32,000 nucleotides of DNA, from NCBI GenBank assembly GCA_048886185.1, contig JBHLKY010000001.1, positions 240,001-272,000 of the forward strand, in the 5' to 3' direction. The notes beneath the pieces were generated by a model. That model worked only from the letters and a program-made list of their open reading frames with translations, had not been told where the DNA came from and made no database searches. This DNA comes from Candidatus Hermodarchaeota archaeon. GTDB taxonomy: Archaea; Asgardarchaeota; Heimdallarchaeia; Hodarchaeales; Hodarchaeaceae. The position numbers and the translations under genes were made by a program. Below, in pieces: positions 1-9,539 of this stretch (positions are counted from its first letter, which is position 1; every line of letters starts with the position of its first letter).

Positions 1-176
1 CGCTTTCTTATCACTTTAGCTAAAGACAAAACTAAATTTAGAGTCTCTTCATTGATATCGACCATATATAGAGAAGCATTTTGAAGTTTCGGATCCGACA
101 ATATACCATTTAACGTCACAAAACAAAAATTTGTGCTTCCTGCTCCTATTACTACAATCTTTGGCTCATTTGTCAA
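1..176 (-). CDS. Family 4 glycosyl hydrolase (NAD+-dependent alpha-galactosidase/glucosidase type), N-terminal part; runs off the window
   Basis: Not in the ORF track. Manual translation from TTG at 176 gives (M)TNEPKIVVIGAGSTNFCFVTLNGILSDPKLQNASLYMVDINEETLNLVLSLAKVIRK. This matches the GH4 Rossmann start KIxxIGAGS(T)xF ... L.L.DI.EE.L. Confidence 0.8.
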   Translation of the reverse strand, partial: MTNEPKIVVIGAGSTNFCFVTLNGILSDPKLQNASLYMVDINEETLNLVLSLAKVIRK

Positions 177-315
177 AGAAATCACAATTATTATTTTTAC
201 TATTGATTCTTTTCAGTTCAAAGAATCTAACGAGCGAATTTCTTGATATTACTAACAACTGGAAAATATTTAGAAATTTGCCTGTGATATCAAGAAAAGG
301 GTTGTAAGGTAAACA

Positions 316-2886
316 TTATTTATAGAAGAAATTGAAAGAAGGAAGTTTTGATACATCTGTTTCTCTTAAAGACACATTACAGACTGGACAGGTTTTTTTG
401 AATTTCACACTTTCTAGTAGATGGTGACGATGGAAAAAGCTTGAACATTGAGGACACTGAACAACTTCTTCTTCAGTTTGAAGCTCCACCACTGATGCTC
501 GACAGATAATACAGGAAAGCCTCTGGCTACAAAATCCACAATTCTTTTGCTTCTCAAGAATTGGATTACCACATTGCGGACATTGGCTTTGATAAAGGGT
601 GGTGGTTTTTTTTAGGCGACTGTATACATCTTTAAGGCCAGAAATCCAGATTTGTTGGAGTGATTTATGAGAATGGATATCAAATCGGGATGAGAATCTT
701 ATTAGGGCTTTTTCATACTCTCGATAATATTTTTCCTTTTCTGATAAATCCATGAGTTTTGAGAGATTATTCCATGAACAAAATTCCCCCAGAAGTGGTA
801 AAATAGCTCTTTGCGCATCCTCTTTTTCTTTCAATGTCTCATATAAGTTAAAGAAGTATTCTTCGGGTTTTTCAGGAGGGTGAATTTCTAAATGGTAAAC
901 TAAGGTTTTGAGGATATTCTCCTCAAGAGGCTCAATTGGCGATTCAAGAAGAATATTTTCAATTGTATGCACTGAGGTGTTTTCAAAAAGGACTGGTAAC
1001 AAAAGAGATTGACTTCGTGGTCTTTGTTTAAAAATGGAGAAAATTAACAAGTCATCATTAGCTGATTTTCCAATTAGAGAACGAAAAAAATCGTAAAGAA
1101 TTTTTTTCCCTTCAATTGAGAAATCTTGTTCTTCATAATTTGATATTAATTTTCTTAACAGAGGAAGATTCTCTTTCCCACCCTTAGTTAGTTTTTCAAG
1201 TTGGTTTATAACTATTGAATTGAATATGTGGGATTTAAGAGTAACTATAAATGGTAAAATTATATTTTCAACATCTACAAGGGATAACGATGAGAAAAAT
1301 GAATTTACAATGGGGATAAGAGAATTTAACTTTTGAGTGTCGATAATAGTAAGTGTGTTTATTGTATAATGGTTGATGATTTTATCGAGTAAAGAATTTG
1401 TAGAATTACTGAATCTTGAATCTGTGATTATTTTGGATAAACGAATTAGGACAATAATCAACAATTCATCTGGATCTAGTTTTATCAATTCTAGAACAGC
1501 TCTTTGAATCGCAGGTTCTTGAATATATGATGTTCCTTGTCCTGACAAGAGTGAGTACAGTATTTTGGGACTTGTTGTGACACATTGTGGGATAATACGT
1601 TCAAAGATAAAAGACAGATGATCCTTGGGCAATGAAGATATTACCTCTCCAATTATGGTAATACTCAAATCGAAAGCGTGAATAAGAATGGGATGAAGTT
1701 TTGAAAAGCTATTAGGAGGTAACGATTTAAATAAAAACCAAAATTGGTAGAGTTCTAAGCTAATCAGTCTATTCAGCAAAGGAATTAGATAAGCCTTATT
1801 TTTTCCTTCTTGTAAAAAATCGCTCAGTACAATATGAAGAGCATCCCTTGAACATATTATGAGTACATCCTCCCAATACTGCAATAATTCCCTCTTTAAC
1901 CGAATCATGTCTAAAAGAATCTTAAAACTAGAATGATCAATCAACATTGCGATGGATAATTGAGGAAATGAAATTCTTTTTCCTAATTTAACTATCTGAT
2001 CAAAATGTTCAGCAATATGTTGTTGTAAATATGGTTCTAGAAGTGTTTGTGTTGTTATTGTTAATTTTTTCGAGGTTAAGGCCGATTTGAAGATATCAAA
2101 GTCAGTGAAAAGAAATGCTAAACGATCTACCAAGGATTGAGTAATTATGTAATTCCCAATTTTTTGCTTTGTTCTGCTTGAAGTATCAGAAAAAATCCTG
2201 TAAATGACATCAGGAGGGAGATTAGTATTTAGTTCTATCGTTGTATTTATTATCATTTTCCAATTCTTCGTAGCAGCATCTTGGAGAAATGGTAACAGTA
2301 ATCGATGATGTGATTCAGATTTACTTTCAAGAAACGTCTTCAGAATTAAATCAACATTATTAGGAGCATAGATTTTCAGATAATGAGTTAAAACTTTTTC
2401 TCCCCATAGTACCAAAATCTTAATGAATTTTGTATTTCGCTCTGCCTTTTCTTCAGTTATTTTGTCGTATAATAATGTTCCTATACTTGAATCAAGCTGA
2501 GAAAGGATTTTTCGTATTGATTCATGGTTTAAACCAAAATCCCAATGGTTGTAAATCTGATCAAGAATTAATTCTTGTTTTTTTCGCTCTAGAGACGGAA
2601 AATAAGCAATAAATTTATTTGTGGCAATTAAATCAAAGAAAAGAGATGCTTCCTCGTTATCCAACTCCTCAAATGAAGAGAGAATAAAATAAAGACTTTC
2701 TGGGAGTGATTGTTCAAGCCCATATTTCATTTTTGTTGTGTTTTTGCCCTGTTTAAAACTTCTAAAAAAAAATTCTAACGCGTGTTGGTGGTCATCCTTA
2801 ATGAAATTCCTAATCTTCCGTTTCCATAATATTGGTACATGACTAGTCAATTTCAGATCTAATTCAGGGTTTTCTTGAAAAGACAT
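316..2886 (-). CDS. Large alpha-helical (ARM/HEAT-like solenoid) protein with C-terminal zinc ribbon and RING-like finger
   Basis: About 770 aa of Leu/Ile-rich amphipathic helices. These are followed by CPQC-x12-CGFC and CIIC-x15-CPQC-x4-HRHH-x10-CPVC. The ORF is open to 2931; the ATG at 2886 (MSFQENP) is preferred. Confidence 0.7.
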   Translation of the reverse strand: MSFQENPELDLKLTSHVPILWKRKIRNFIKDDHQHALEFFFRSFKQGKNTTKMKYGLEQSLPESLYFILSSFEELDNEEASLFFDLIATNKFIAYFPSLERKKQELILDQIYNHWDFGLNHESIRKILSQLDSSIGTLLYDKITEEKAERNTKFIKILVLWGEKVLTHYLKIYAPNNVDLILKTFLESKSESHHRLLLPFLQDAATKNWKMIINTTIELNTNLPPDVIYRIFSDTSSRTKQKIGNYIITQSLVDRLAFLFTDFDIFKSALTSKKLTITTQTLLEPYLQQHIAEHFDQIVKLGKRISFPQLSIAMLIDHSSFKILLDMIRLKRELLQYWEDVLIICSRDALHIVLSDFLQEGKNKAYLIPLLNRLISLELYQFWFLFKSLPPNSFSKLHPILIHAFDLSITIIGEVISSLPKDHLSFIFERIIPQCVTTSPKILYSLLSGQGTSYIQEPAIQRAVLELIKLDPDELLIIVLIRLSKIITDSRFSNSTNSLLDKIINHYTINTLTIIDTQKLNSLIPIVNSFFSSLSLVDVENIILPFIVTLKSHIFNSIVINQLEKLTKGGKENLPLLRKLISNYEEQDFSIEGKKILYDFFRSLIGKSANDDLLIFSIFKQRPRSQSLLLPVLFENTSVHTIENILLESPIEPLEENILKTLVYHLEIHPPEKPEEYFFNLYETLKEKEDAQRAILPLLGEFCSWNNLSKLMDLSEKEKYYREYEKALIRFSSRFDIHSHKSLQQIWISGLKDVYSRLKKTTTLYQSQCPQCGNPILEKQKNCGFCSQRLSCIICRASVVELQTEEEVVQCPQCSSFFHRHHLLESVKFKKTCPVCNVSLRETDVSKLPSFNFFYK

Positions 2887-2999
2887 TAGATTATAAAGCT
2901 CTCCGAAAGAACTGAGGAAAATGAATTTCAAAAAGATATCTATTGGGGATTTGCAATAGGACTATTGAAGAAAGTTCATATTAGAATGGTTAATTTCTG

Positions 3000-4226
3000 T
3001 TAATTTTCAGTAGAATATACTTCTTTTCCATTTATAAAAACTCTTTCCACCTTACTGTAGAACTCAAAGGGGTGATCTGACCATATCACTATATCAGCAT
3101 CTTTCCCTTTATCTAAAGAACCAACGCGGTCATAGATTCCCAATATTTCTGCTGGGTTTTTAGTTACACATTGTAAAGCTTCTTCTCGTGACAAACCTTC
3201 CTTTATTGCATACATCGGTAACAGCTGGAAGAAGTTCATTGGAGTAAGCGAATCTGTTTGCAAAGCAACTTTAACTCCTGCTTTAACCATGCTTACTACA
3301 GTCTTAAATGATCGCTGTCGCGTTTCTGGTTTAGTTATCCACATGATTGTTGGTCCTAAAACAGCAGGTACTCCTTTTGTTGCGATATAATCTGCAATTT
3401 TCTCCCCTTCTGTACAATGGATAAGAACTAGGCGGATATCAAATTCCTCTGCTATCCTGATAATTGTGGCAATATCATCAGCCCTATGAGCATGAGCGTG
3501 GAGAGGGATCTCTTTTTTAATCACCTTAATTATTATTTCCATGCCCAAATCATGCTTCGGCGGAATTGGAGGCGCTTTTCCAAGTTTTTCAGCTATTTCT
3601 AATCGTTTTCTATAAGTTTCCCATTCATTGATATAATTTTTAGCCTCATTGAAGGTTTTTCTTAATAATCCTGCAATACCCATCCTTGTTTGGGGCATTC
3701 TTTTGTGTTCCTGTCCATGCATCCTCTTTGGATTCTCTCCTAACGCAATTTTTAATCCTGACGGAGCAAGTAGAATCATTTCATCAACAATAGTTTTTCC
3801 CGAGGGTTTCACGATAAAAGCTTGACCAGAAATGACATTTCCTGAACCAGGGCCTGTATTAATACAAGTAACTCCTCCCCTCCACACTTCCTTCAATGAT
3901 GCGTCATCAGGATTAAAAGAATCAAGGCCTCTAAGGTGAGGAGTTATAGGATCAGTCATTTCATTACCATCCATTCCTGCCCATCCTATACCACCTTCAA
4001 ATAGGCCTTGGTGGCTATGTGCATCAATGAACCCTGGTATGACATATTTGTTTGTAGCATTAATTACCTCTGTGCCTTCTGGGATGGTTAAGTCTGGGCC
4101 TATTGTGTGGATTCTCTCCTCATCAAACAGAATACTCCCATTTTCTATTAGTCCTTGATTAGGACAGAGAATTGTAGCATTAACTATAGCTTTCATCATC
4201 AGATCTCCATCAAATATCGTTGCCAT
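3000..4226 (-). CDS. Metal-dependent amidohydrolase (imidazolonepropionase-like)
   Basis: Motifs VIPGFIDAHSH (HxH), HAHRADD, HCTEG, QTDS, NPAEILG..DRVGSL..GKDAD. Confidence 0.92.
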   Translation of the reverse strand: MATIFDGDLMMKAIVNATILCPNQGLIENGSILFDEERIHTIGPDLTIPEGTEVINATNKYVIPGFIDAHSHQGLFEGGIGWAGMDGNEMTDPITPHLRGLDSFNPDDASLKEVWRGGVTCINTGPGSGNVISGQAFIVKPSGKTIVDEMILLAPSGLKIALGENPKRMHGQEHKRMPQTRMGIAGLLRKTFNEAKNYINEWETYRKRLEIAEKLGKAPPIPPKHDLGMEIIIKVIKKEIPLHAHAHRADDIATIIRIAEEFDIRLVLIHCTEGEKIADYIATKGVPAVLGPTIMWITKPETRQRSFKTVVSMVKAGVKVALQTDSLTPMNFFQLLPMYAIKEGLSREEALQCVTKNPAEILGIYDRVGSLDKGKDADIVIWSDHPFEFYSKVERVFINGKEVYSTEN

Positions 4227-4323
4227 TCGAGATTTTCATCTAAAGAAATATGAAAATGAACTAAACAACTAATATTTCCAGCAGGTATAAGTAGTATTTG
4301 GGTTAAAATTTTATCTTCAAGAA

Positions 4324-6105
4324 TTACGTTCGTTTCTCTACAATTGCTTGAAACTCTTTTAATAGCTTCTGAAGATAATCGAAACCTGCTTGCCAAAATT
4401 CAGGTTGGGTTAGATCCAGTCCAACAGAGGCAGCCAAATCCACAGGGAATTGTGATCCACCTGCTTCAAGGATTCGCTTGTATTTTGGGATAAATGATTT
4501 CCCTTCTTCAAGGTATTTTTGATAGAGACCTAGGACAAAAAGTGCTCCAAAAGAGTACGCATAACAGTAAAAGATTCTTGGGTCTAGAAAATGTGGTATA
4601 GTTGCCCAATTCCAACTCTGTTCATGAAGGAAATCGACTGAATCACCATAGGCGTCTTTTACGTGGCTATCCCAGATATCAGACATTTGTTTGGCCGATA
4701 AATTCTCTTTAGCTCCTTTTTCATGGCATTCTTTTTCCCAGAACACATACATGGTTTGACGAGAGATCGTAACAATAGCATCCTCTATCTGGTTAGCAAG
4801 GAGTTTCAGTTTTGCCTCCTCATCAGTTAATGTATTTAACATCTTATCAATTAGTATTTGCTCTCCAAAACCCGAAGCAGTCTCAGCAGCTACCAAGGGG
4901 GGATAATAGTTGAAAAGAGTTTGATTTCGTCCACTGAAAAGATCGTGTAAACCATGTCCCATTTCATGAGCAAGAGTTCTAGCCCCATCAGGTGTACCAT
5001 CATAAGACATATGGATTAAAGGATCTATTCCAGGTGCGATACTTAAACACAATGCGCCAAATCGTTTGGTTTTCCTAACTTCTGAGTCTATGAGATTGCG
5101 ATCAAAGAATCCTTTTGCCATTTCACCAATCTCTGGATCAAATTCGGAATATGCATCAAGTACCATTTGTTTAGTCTCCTCCCAGGTGTATTTGATTACT
5201 TTACCCAGGGGAGCATAAAGATCAGATCCTTTAATTCTATCACCTTGCCCCATCAGCTTAGCTTTCGACTTATAATATTCCTGTACAAGAGAATAATTCT
5301 TTTTAATGATTTCCATCATAGTTTGTACAATTTTCTCGTCTGTTTGATTCCTAAGATGTGCTGGAGTCATTATTGTGGGATATTTACGAAGATCAACATC
5401 TATTCCATGATTTTTCCAAATATTATTGAAACAATGACTTATTGCAATGGATTCGTTTGCATATTTTTGATAATAAGCTCTGAAAACTTTTTCGCGTGTT
5501 TCAGGATTGGGATCACGAAATAAAGGGTAGATTTCTCCTGGAGACATTTTCTTCAATTCTCCTTCGATCTCCACTTCGAATTCGAAAGCCGCGGTGAATT
5601 CTTGGAAGAATTTAAACCAGGCGTCCCGACCCACTAGCGATTTCTGTAGAAGAACCTGTTCAACTGGTTCGGAGAGTAGATAAGGCTTGTTCAGTCGTTT
5701 AACCACGATGTAATGGTGGTAATTAGCCAAAATCGGATCAGAGAGATATTTCTTGACATTCTCTTCAGATAATTCGTTCAATTCTAAGGTAATCCAAAGC
5801 AATTTGTTTGTAATATCTACAGAATGGTGTTCCATTTTTGCATAAAGCGCTTTATGATCTTCATTAGTAGTTTCCTGATAGAAAAGTAGAGCTCCATATC
5901 CTTCTGGCTTTGAGATCAAGGTTTGAGCTTTTTCGGTTTGTTGAAAAAGTTCAAGTAATTCCTTAGCAGATAATTCACCACTTTTTACTTTTCCTCGAAA
6001 TTTCTGCAATTCATCAGCGATTTTGTGAGCCTTATTTACATGTTCATTGATATTTGGATCATTATAACTTTTAAACAGAAAAGAAAGGTCCCAATTGCTA
6101 GTCAT
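4324..6105 (-). CDS. pepF: M3 family oligoendopeptidase F
   Basis: N-terminal WDLS, TLAHEMGHGLH (HExxH), AETAS, W..IPHF, FYCYAYSFG, Y..IL.AGGS. The ORF is open to 6132; the ATG at 6105 has GGAG upstream. Confidence 0.92.
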   Translation of the reverse strand: MTSNWDLSFLFKSYNDPNINEHVNKAHKIADELQKFRGKVKSGELSAKELLELFQQTEKAQTLISKPEGYGALLFYQETTNEDHKALYAKMEHHSVDITNKLLWITLELNELSEENVKKYLSDPILANYHHYIVVKRLNKPYLLSEPVEQVLLQKSLVGRDAWFKFFQEFTAAFEFEVEIEGELKKMSPGEIYPLFRDPNPETREKVFRAYYQKYANESIAISHCFNNIWKNHGIDVDLRKYPTIMTPAHLRNQTDEKIVQTMMEIIKKNYSLVQEYYKSKAKLMGQGDRIKGSDLYAPLGKVIKYTWEETKQMVLDAYSEFDPEIGEMAKGFFDRNLIDSEVRKTKRFGALCLSIAPGIDPLIHMSYDGTPDGARTLAHEMGHGLHDLFSGRNQTLFNYYPPLVAAETASGFGEQILIDKMLNTLTDEEAKLKLLANQIEDAIVTISRQTMYVFWEKECHEKGAKENLSAKQMSDIWDSHVKDAYGDSVDFLHEQSWNWATIPHFLDPRIFYCYAYSFGALFVLGLYQKYLEEGKSFIPKYKRILEAGGSQFPVDLAASVGLDLTQPEFWQAGFDYLQKLLKEFQAIVEKRT

Positions 6106-6613
6106 TAAATAACAACTCCATTTTTCAGACATAATTTACTATTAGCTTGTAACAACTAACCAATTGGTTGAAATATCTAAGATTTATTATTCTGGCATTT
6201 AGTAATCAATTCGAATGAGAAGGGAACTAATTAAATAAGAATCTGTAGTTAATTGCTGTCATATTAGTAATTGTCATTCTTTTTCCCCTATGCAATATTC
6301 CTTAAGAAAAATCCCTTTATGAAACAGAAATAGCTACCTGTCCACTAAGATTTGTATAATAATAATTGGTACTTGTACTTAGTATTAATTGTAGTTGTAC
6401 TTAAAATATCGGACTTTATGTTTTTAAAGTAAAATATATTGGAAGGGATTAATATTATCAAATTGTGAAAATCTCTGAAGTAAGGAAAGAAATGTGAAGA
6501 ATCTATTTGAAAAGCGGAGGAAATTTGAAAATAATTAATAAAACGAAAGGAAAGCTGGATATAAGGATTTTAATAGAGATAAATTGAAAATAAACTATAG
6601 AAAGGGAACAAAT

Positions 6614-7885
6614 ATGAAAACACAGTTAGTAGAAGATGAAGTATTAGATATGATGAAGTTAAAGAATCAATTTGGTGTGTTCAATAACAATATGATGATG
6701 TTACTTGATGACAACGATAAGGCCTACGTTGAAGAAATTCAACAACTTTGTTTGGAGCAAGAAGAGAAAATAAACGGGATTTACGGTCATAATACCTCTG
6801 ATTACTACGATTGGTTTCCTTGGGCTGGTAAACATGGATTAATTAATCGTAGCAATGATTATCCTCATAGAGATGACTTACGTATTGGTATGAAAGCTGA
6901 AATTCTTCGCTGTTGGACAATGGACATCTTTAATCCTCAATTCAATATGGCAATGGGTGCTTCTGTTCTGTGTATTAATCCTATAGCTCATCATCATAAT
7001 GGCCGAGAAAGTCTACTCAAAGATCTTCAAGATCTACTAGATGGTACCAAAATTGGTTGTATTGGAATTACAGAACCAGCTAGGGGTTCCGATGCCGTTA
7101 ACATGCAAGTTAAGGCTGAGAAAACTGATGGTGGATATAATATTAATGGAGCCAAATGTTATACGACTAATAGTCCAAAAGCGGATATGTGTGCAGTTTA
7201 TGCTGTTCTAAATGAAGAAGATCCTCGGGGGACAATGGTACAGGGGATTTCTCACAAGGAATGGGATCGTGGATTTAAGGCGGAAAGAATAGGGATTCCT
7301 TCAGTAAGTAAGGTCCATATTGGTAAAACAATCTTTGAAGATTCATTTATTCCTGAAGAATATATGACAGGTGGTCCTGGTGAAGGATATCATATCTTAT
7401 TCGAAGGTTTAGTACCTGAAAGAATTGGAATTGCTGCAACAAACGTGGGCCAAATGTGGGGAGCATTTGCATTAGCTTCGCTCTATTCAACTGTAAGACA
7501 ACAATTTGGAACAAAAATCTTACTCCATCAAGCTGTTGGTATGTCAGTTCTAGCAAAGTATCATTCTCGATTAATGTCTATATCCATGGCTTTATTAAAA
7601 CTAGCTGAAGCTTATGATGCTAAAAGAGATGAACTTGCAGGAATAAGCCCATTTATGAATCCATTCGTAGCTATGGCCTCACAAATGAAAGAACAAGCAG
7701 CACATTTAGTTCATGAATTAACATATGAATGTATGCATGCAATGGGTGGTACTGGCGTTACTGATCAAACAAAGATGCCAATGTATCAAGGAATTTCAGA
7801 GATTGCGGAAGTCGTTGGCGGAACACGTAATGTACAACTACTTATTGGGAGTAGAACAATTAACACAATGGTAAAGATGATTTGA
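6614..7885 (+). CDS. Acyl-CoA dehydrogenase family protein
   Basis: Motifs GCIGITEPARGSD, YNINGAKCYTTN, ERIGIAA, RQQFG, MGGTG. The MCAD-type catalytic Glu position reads VVGGT, so the Glu in LVPERIG (IVD/LCAD position) is the likely base (inference). The ORF is open from TTG 6584. Confidence 0.9.
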   Translation: MKTQLVEDEVLDMMKLKNQFGVFNNNMMMLLDDNDKAYVEEIQQLCLEQEEKINGIYGHNTSDYYDWFPWAGKHGLINRSNDYPHRDDLRIGMKAEILRCWTMDIFNPQFNMAMGASVLCINPIAHHHNGRESLLKDLQDLLDGTKIGCIGITEPARGSDAVNMQVKAEKTDGGYNINGAKCYTTNSPKADMCAVYAVLNEEDPRGTMVQGISHKEWDRGFKAERIGIPSVSKVHIGKTIFEDSFIPEEYMTGGPGEGYHILFEGLVPERIGIAATNVGQMWGAFALASLYSTVRQQFGTKILLHQAVGMSVLAKYHSRLMSISMALLKLAEAYDAKRDELAGISPFMNPFVAMASQMKEQAAHLVHELTYECMHAMGGTGVTDQTKMPMYQGISEIAEVVGGTRNVQLLIGSRTINTMVKMI

Positions 7886-7900
7886 CCTATATAATCTTCG

Positions 7901-7941
7901 TTCTACTTACTTTTTTTCTTTCTATTTATTCTTCCCTTTTT
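7901..7941 (+). terminator. T-rich archaeal-type terminator after the acyl-CoA dehydrogenase
   Basis: ttctacttactttttttctttctatttattcttcccttttt lies just downstream of the stop at 7885. Confidence 0.45.
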
Positions 7942-8016
7942 AAATTGCTTACAATCTGTTAAAATATGTAAGATTCAAGAAGCTTCTTCGTTTAAAGCTT
8001 TTTGGGGTTATTACCA

Positions 8017-9219
8017 ATGTTTAGTATTAAGAAAGCTGTTGAAATGGTTGATATTAGTGAATTATACAAACATATACTTTCACTTGAAGGAGTGAAACAC
8101 GCCCTCGACGGATACGAAGCATTAATCCAAGCTGGAAGTTATATTGAAAAAAAACTCAGAGATTATGGCTTAAAAACGAATAAACAGCTAATAAATGTTG
8201 AGGGATTTGAAAAAGAATTGTTTAATTTAGAAGGAAGGATAAAAGGAAATATCGACTTCTCCGACCCTACAGTTTTAGTTACTAGTCATTATGATACAGT
8301 ATATTCTACTCCTGGTGCTGATGATAATGCAAGTGGCGTTGCAGTCATGATTGAAGTTGCTCGTGTTCTTAAGGAATTAAATTACGATAAGAATGTTATT
8401 TTTGTGAGTTTCAATTTAGAAGAATTTTCACCTACTTTACAAAAGCCGATAAGAGAGATTGGAACCGAGTATGGAGTTTTTGATGAAAAGTTTCGGTATA
8501 TTTCTTGGCCTGTGAAAAAATTCGCTGACCAATTTAAAAAATTGATAACTCTATCTGGTCCAGCACAACCTTTTCTTAATGACACTGAGTGGGAACAGTT
8601 TCAAGTAGCTGCCAAACAGGAGTTAGAAGATACGGAAATTAAATTCTTTAAAGAACAGAATAGAATATTCCATGATTCAGCACAAATTGATCCATTTGGC
8701 AGAAGCTTTTGTTTGGGGAGTAGTGTTTATTCCGAATATGTAGTTGAAAAGGGCATGAATATAATAGGGGTCATAAATTTAGAATCTGTGGGTTTTGTAT
8801 CTAATGAACCTTATTCTCAACGCCTACCTTCAGGTTTAAGTTTGGATATGTTTAAAACTCATGGTATGGATAAACATCAAATGAGAGGTAACTATATTAC
8901 TGTAATTGGAGATATAAACTCTCAACATCTTACAACTGCTTTTTTTGAATCATCTCAAGATGAATCTATTGAATTACCATGTGCTGCTTTGGATGTTGTA
9001 TTAGGTTATAATGAAATCAAGCAAACAATGGCTGACTTATTACGGAGTGATCATGCCCCGTTCTGGAGATTTGGCATCCCTGCGGTAATAGTGACTGATA
9101 CAGCTAATTTTCGGAATCCTTATTATCATACTGGGGGAGATACGATAAATACATTGGATTTTCCATTTATAAGAGAAGTTTGTAAGGCAACTCTTGCTAC
9201 AGTAATTAAATTGTTTTGA
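8017..9219 (+). CDS. M28 family zinc metallopeptidase with an internal insertion
   Basis: Motifs SHYDT, GADDNASGVA, FNLEE, INLESVG, RSDHAPF, YYHT..D. The ORF is open from TTG 8002; ATGs occur at 8017 and 8044. Confidence 0.9.
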   Translation: MFSIKKAVEMVDISELYKHILSLEGVKHALDGYEALIQAGSYIEKKLRDYGLKTNKQLINVEGFEKELFNLEGRIKGNIDFSDPTVLVTSHYDTVYSTPGADDNASGVAVMIEVARVLKELNYDKNVIFVSFNLEEFSPTLQKPIREIGTEYGVFDEKFRYISWPVKKFADQFKKLITLSGPAQPFLNDTEWEQFQVAAKQELEDTEIKFFKEQNRIFHDSAQIDPFGRSFCLGSSVYSEYVVEKGMNIIGVINLESVGFVSNEPYSQRLPSGLSLDMFKTHGMDKHQMRGNYITVIGDINSQHLTTAFFESSQDESIELPCAALDVVLGYNEIKQTMADLLRSDHAPFWRFGIPAVIVTDTANFRNPYYHTGGDTINTLDFPFIREVCKATLATVIKLF

Positions 9220-9539
9220 AATTTCGGAAAAGGATTATTCGCAACAATTTTAAAGAAACTAAATTAATCTCTGTGTTTGGATCTCTTCTTGATTTCAGAT
9301 CCTTTCTTTTTGTCCCTTTTAATAATTTTTGTCGGATTATTTACTCATAAGGTGCATAGCTAATTATAATAAAAAGTCATGAAGCTGCTATTCTCCTTTT
9401 TGGTGGGATTTAAGACGAATACAATTATCCGGATAGAATGTTCAGGTGCTTTTTTTAAGAGAAGAGTGTTCTATTATTATCAAAATAATTCAGTATTTCG
9501 AAGTTGTACATTTTTATGCCATTAATCGGTGATCTTTGA

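Noticed and set aside
6516-6587. GGAGG followed by a 20-codon TTG ORF whose TGA overlaps the TTG at 6584
   Set aside because: The peptide has no motif, and such short ORFs are expected by chance in AT-rich DNA.
9279-9302. GGATCT-N12-AGATCC hairpin followed by a T-rich tract
   Set aside because: The 6-bp stem is weak, so it cannot be distinguished from chance or supported as a terminator or ncRNA.
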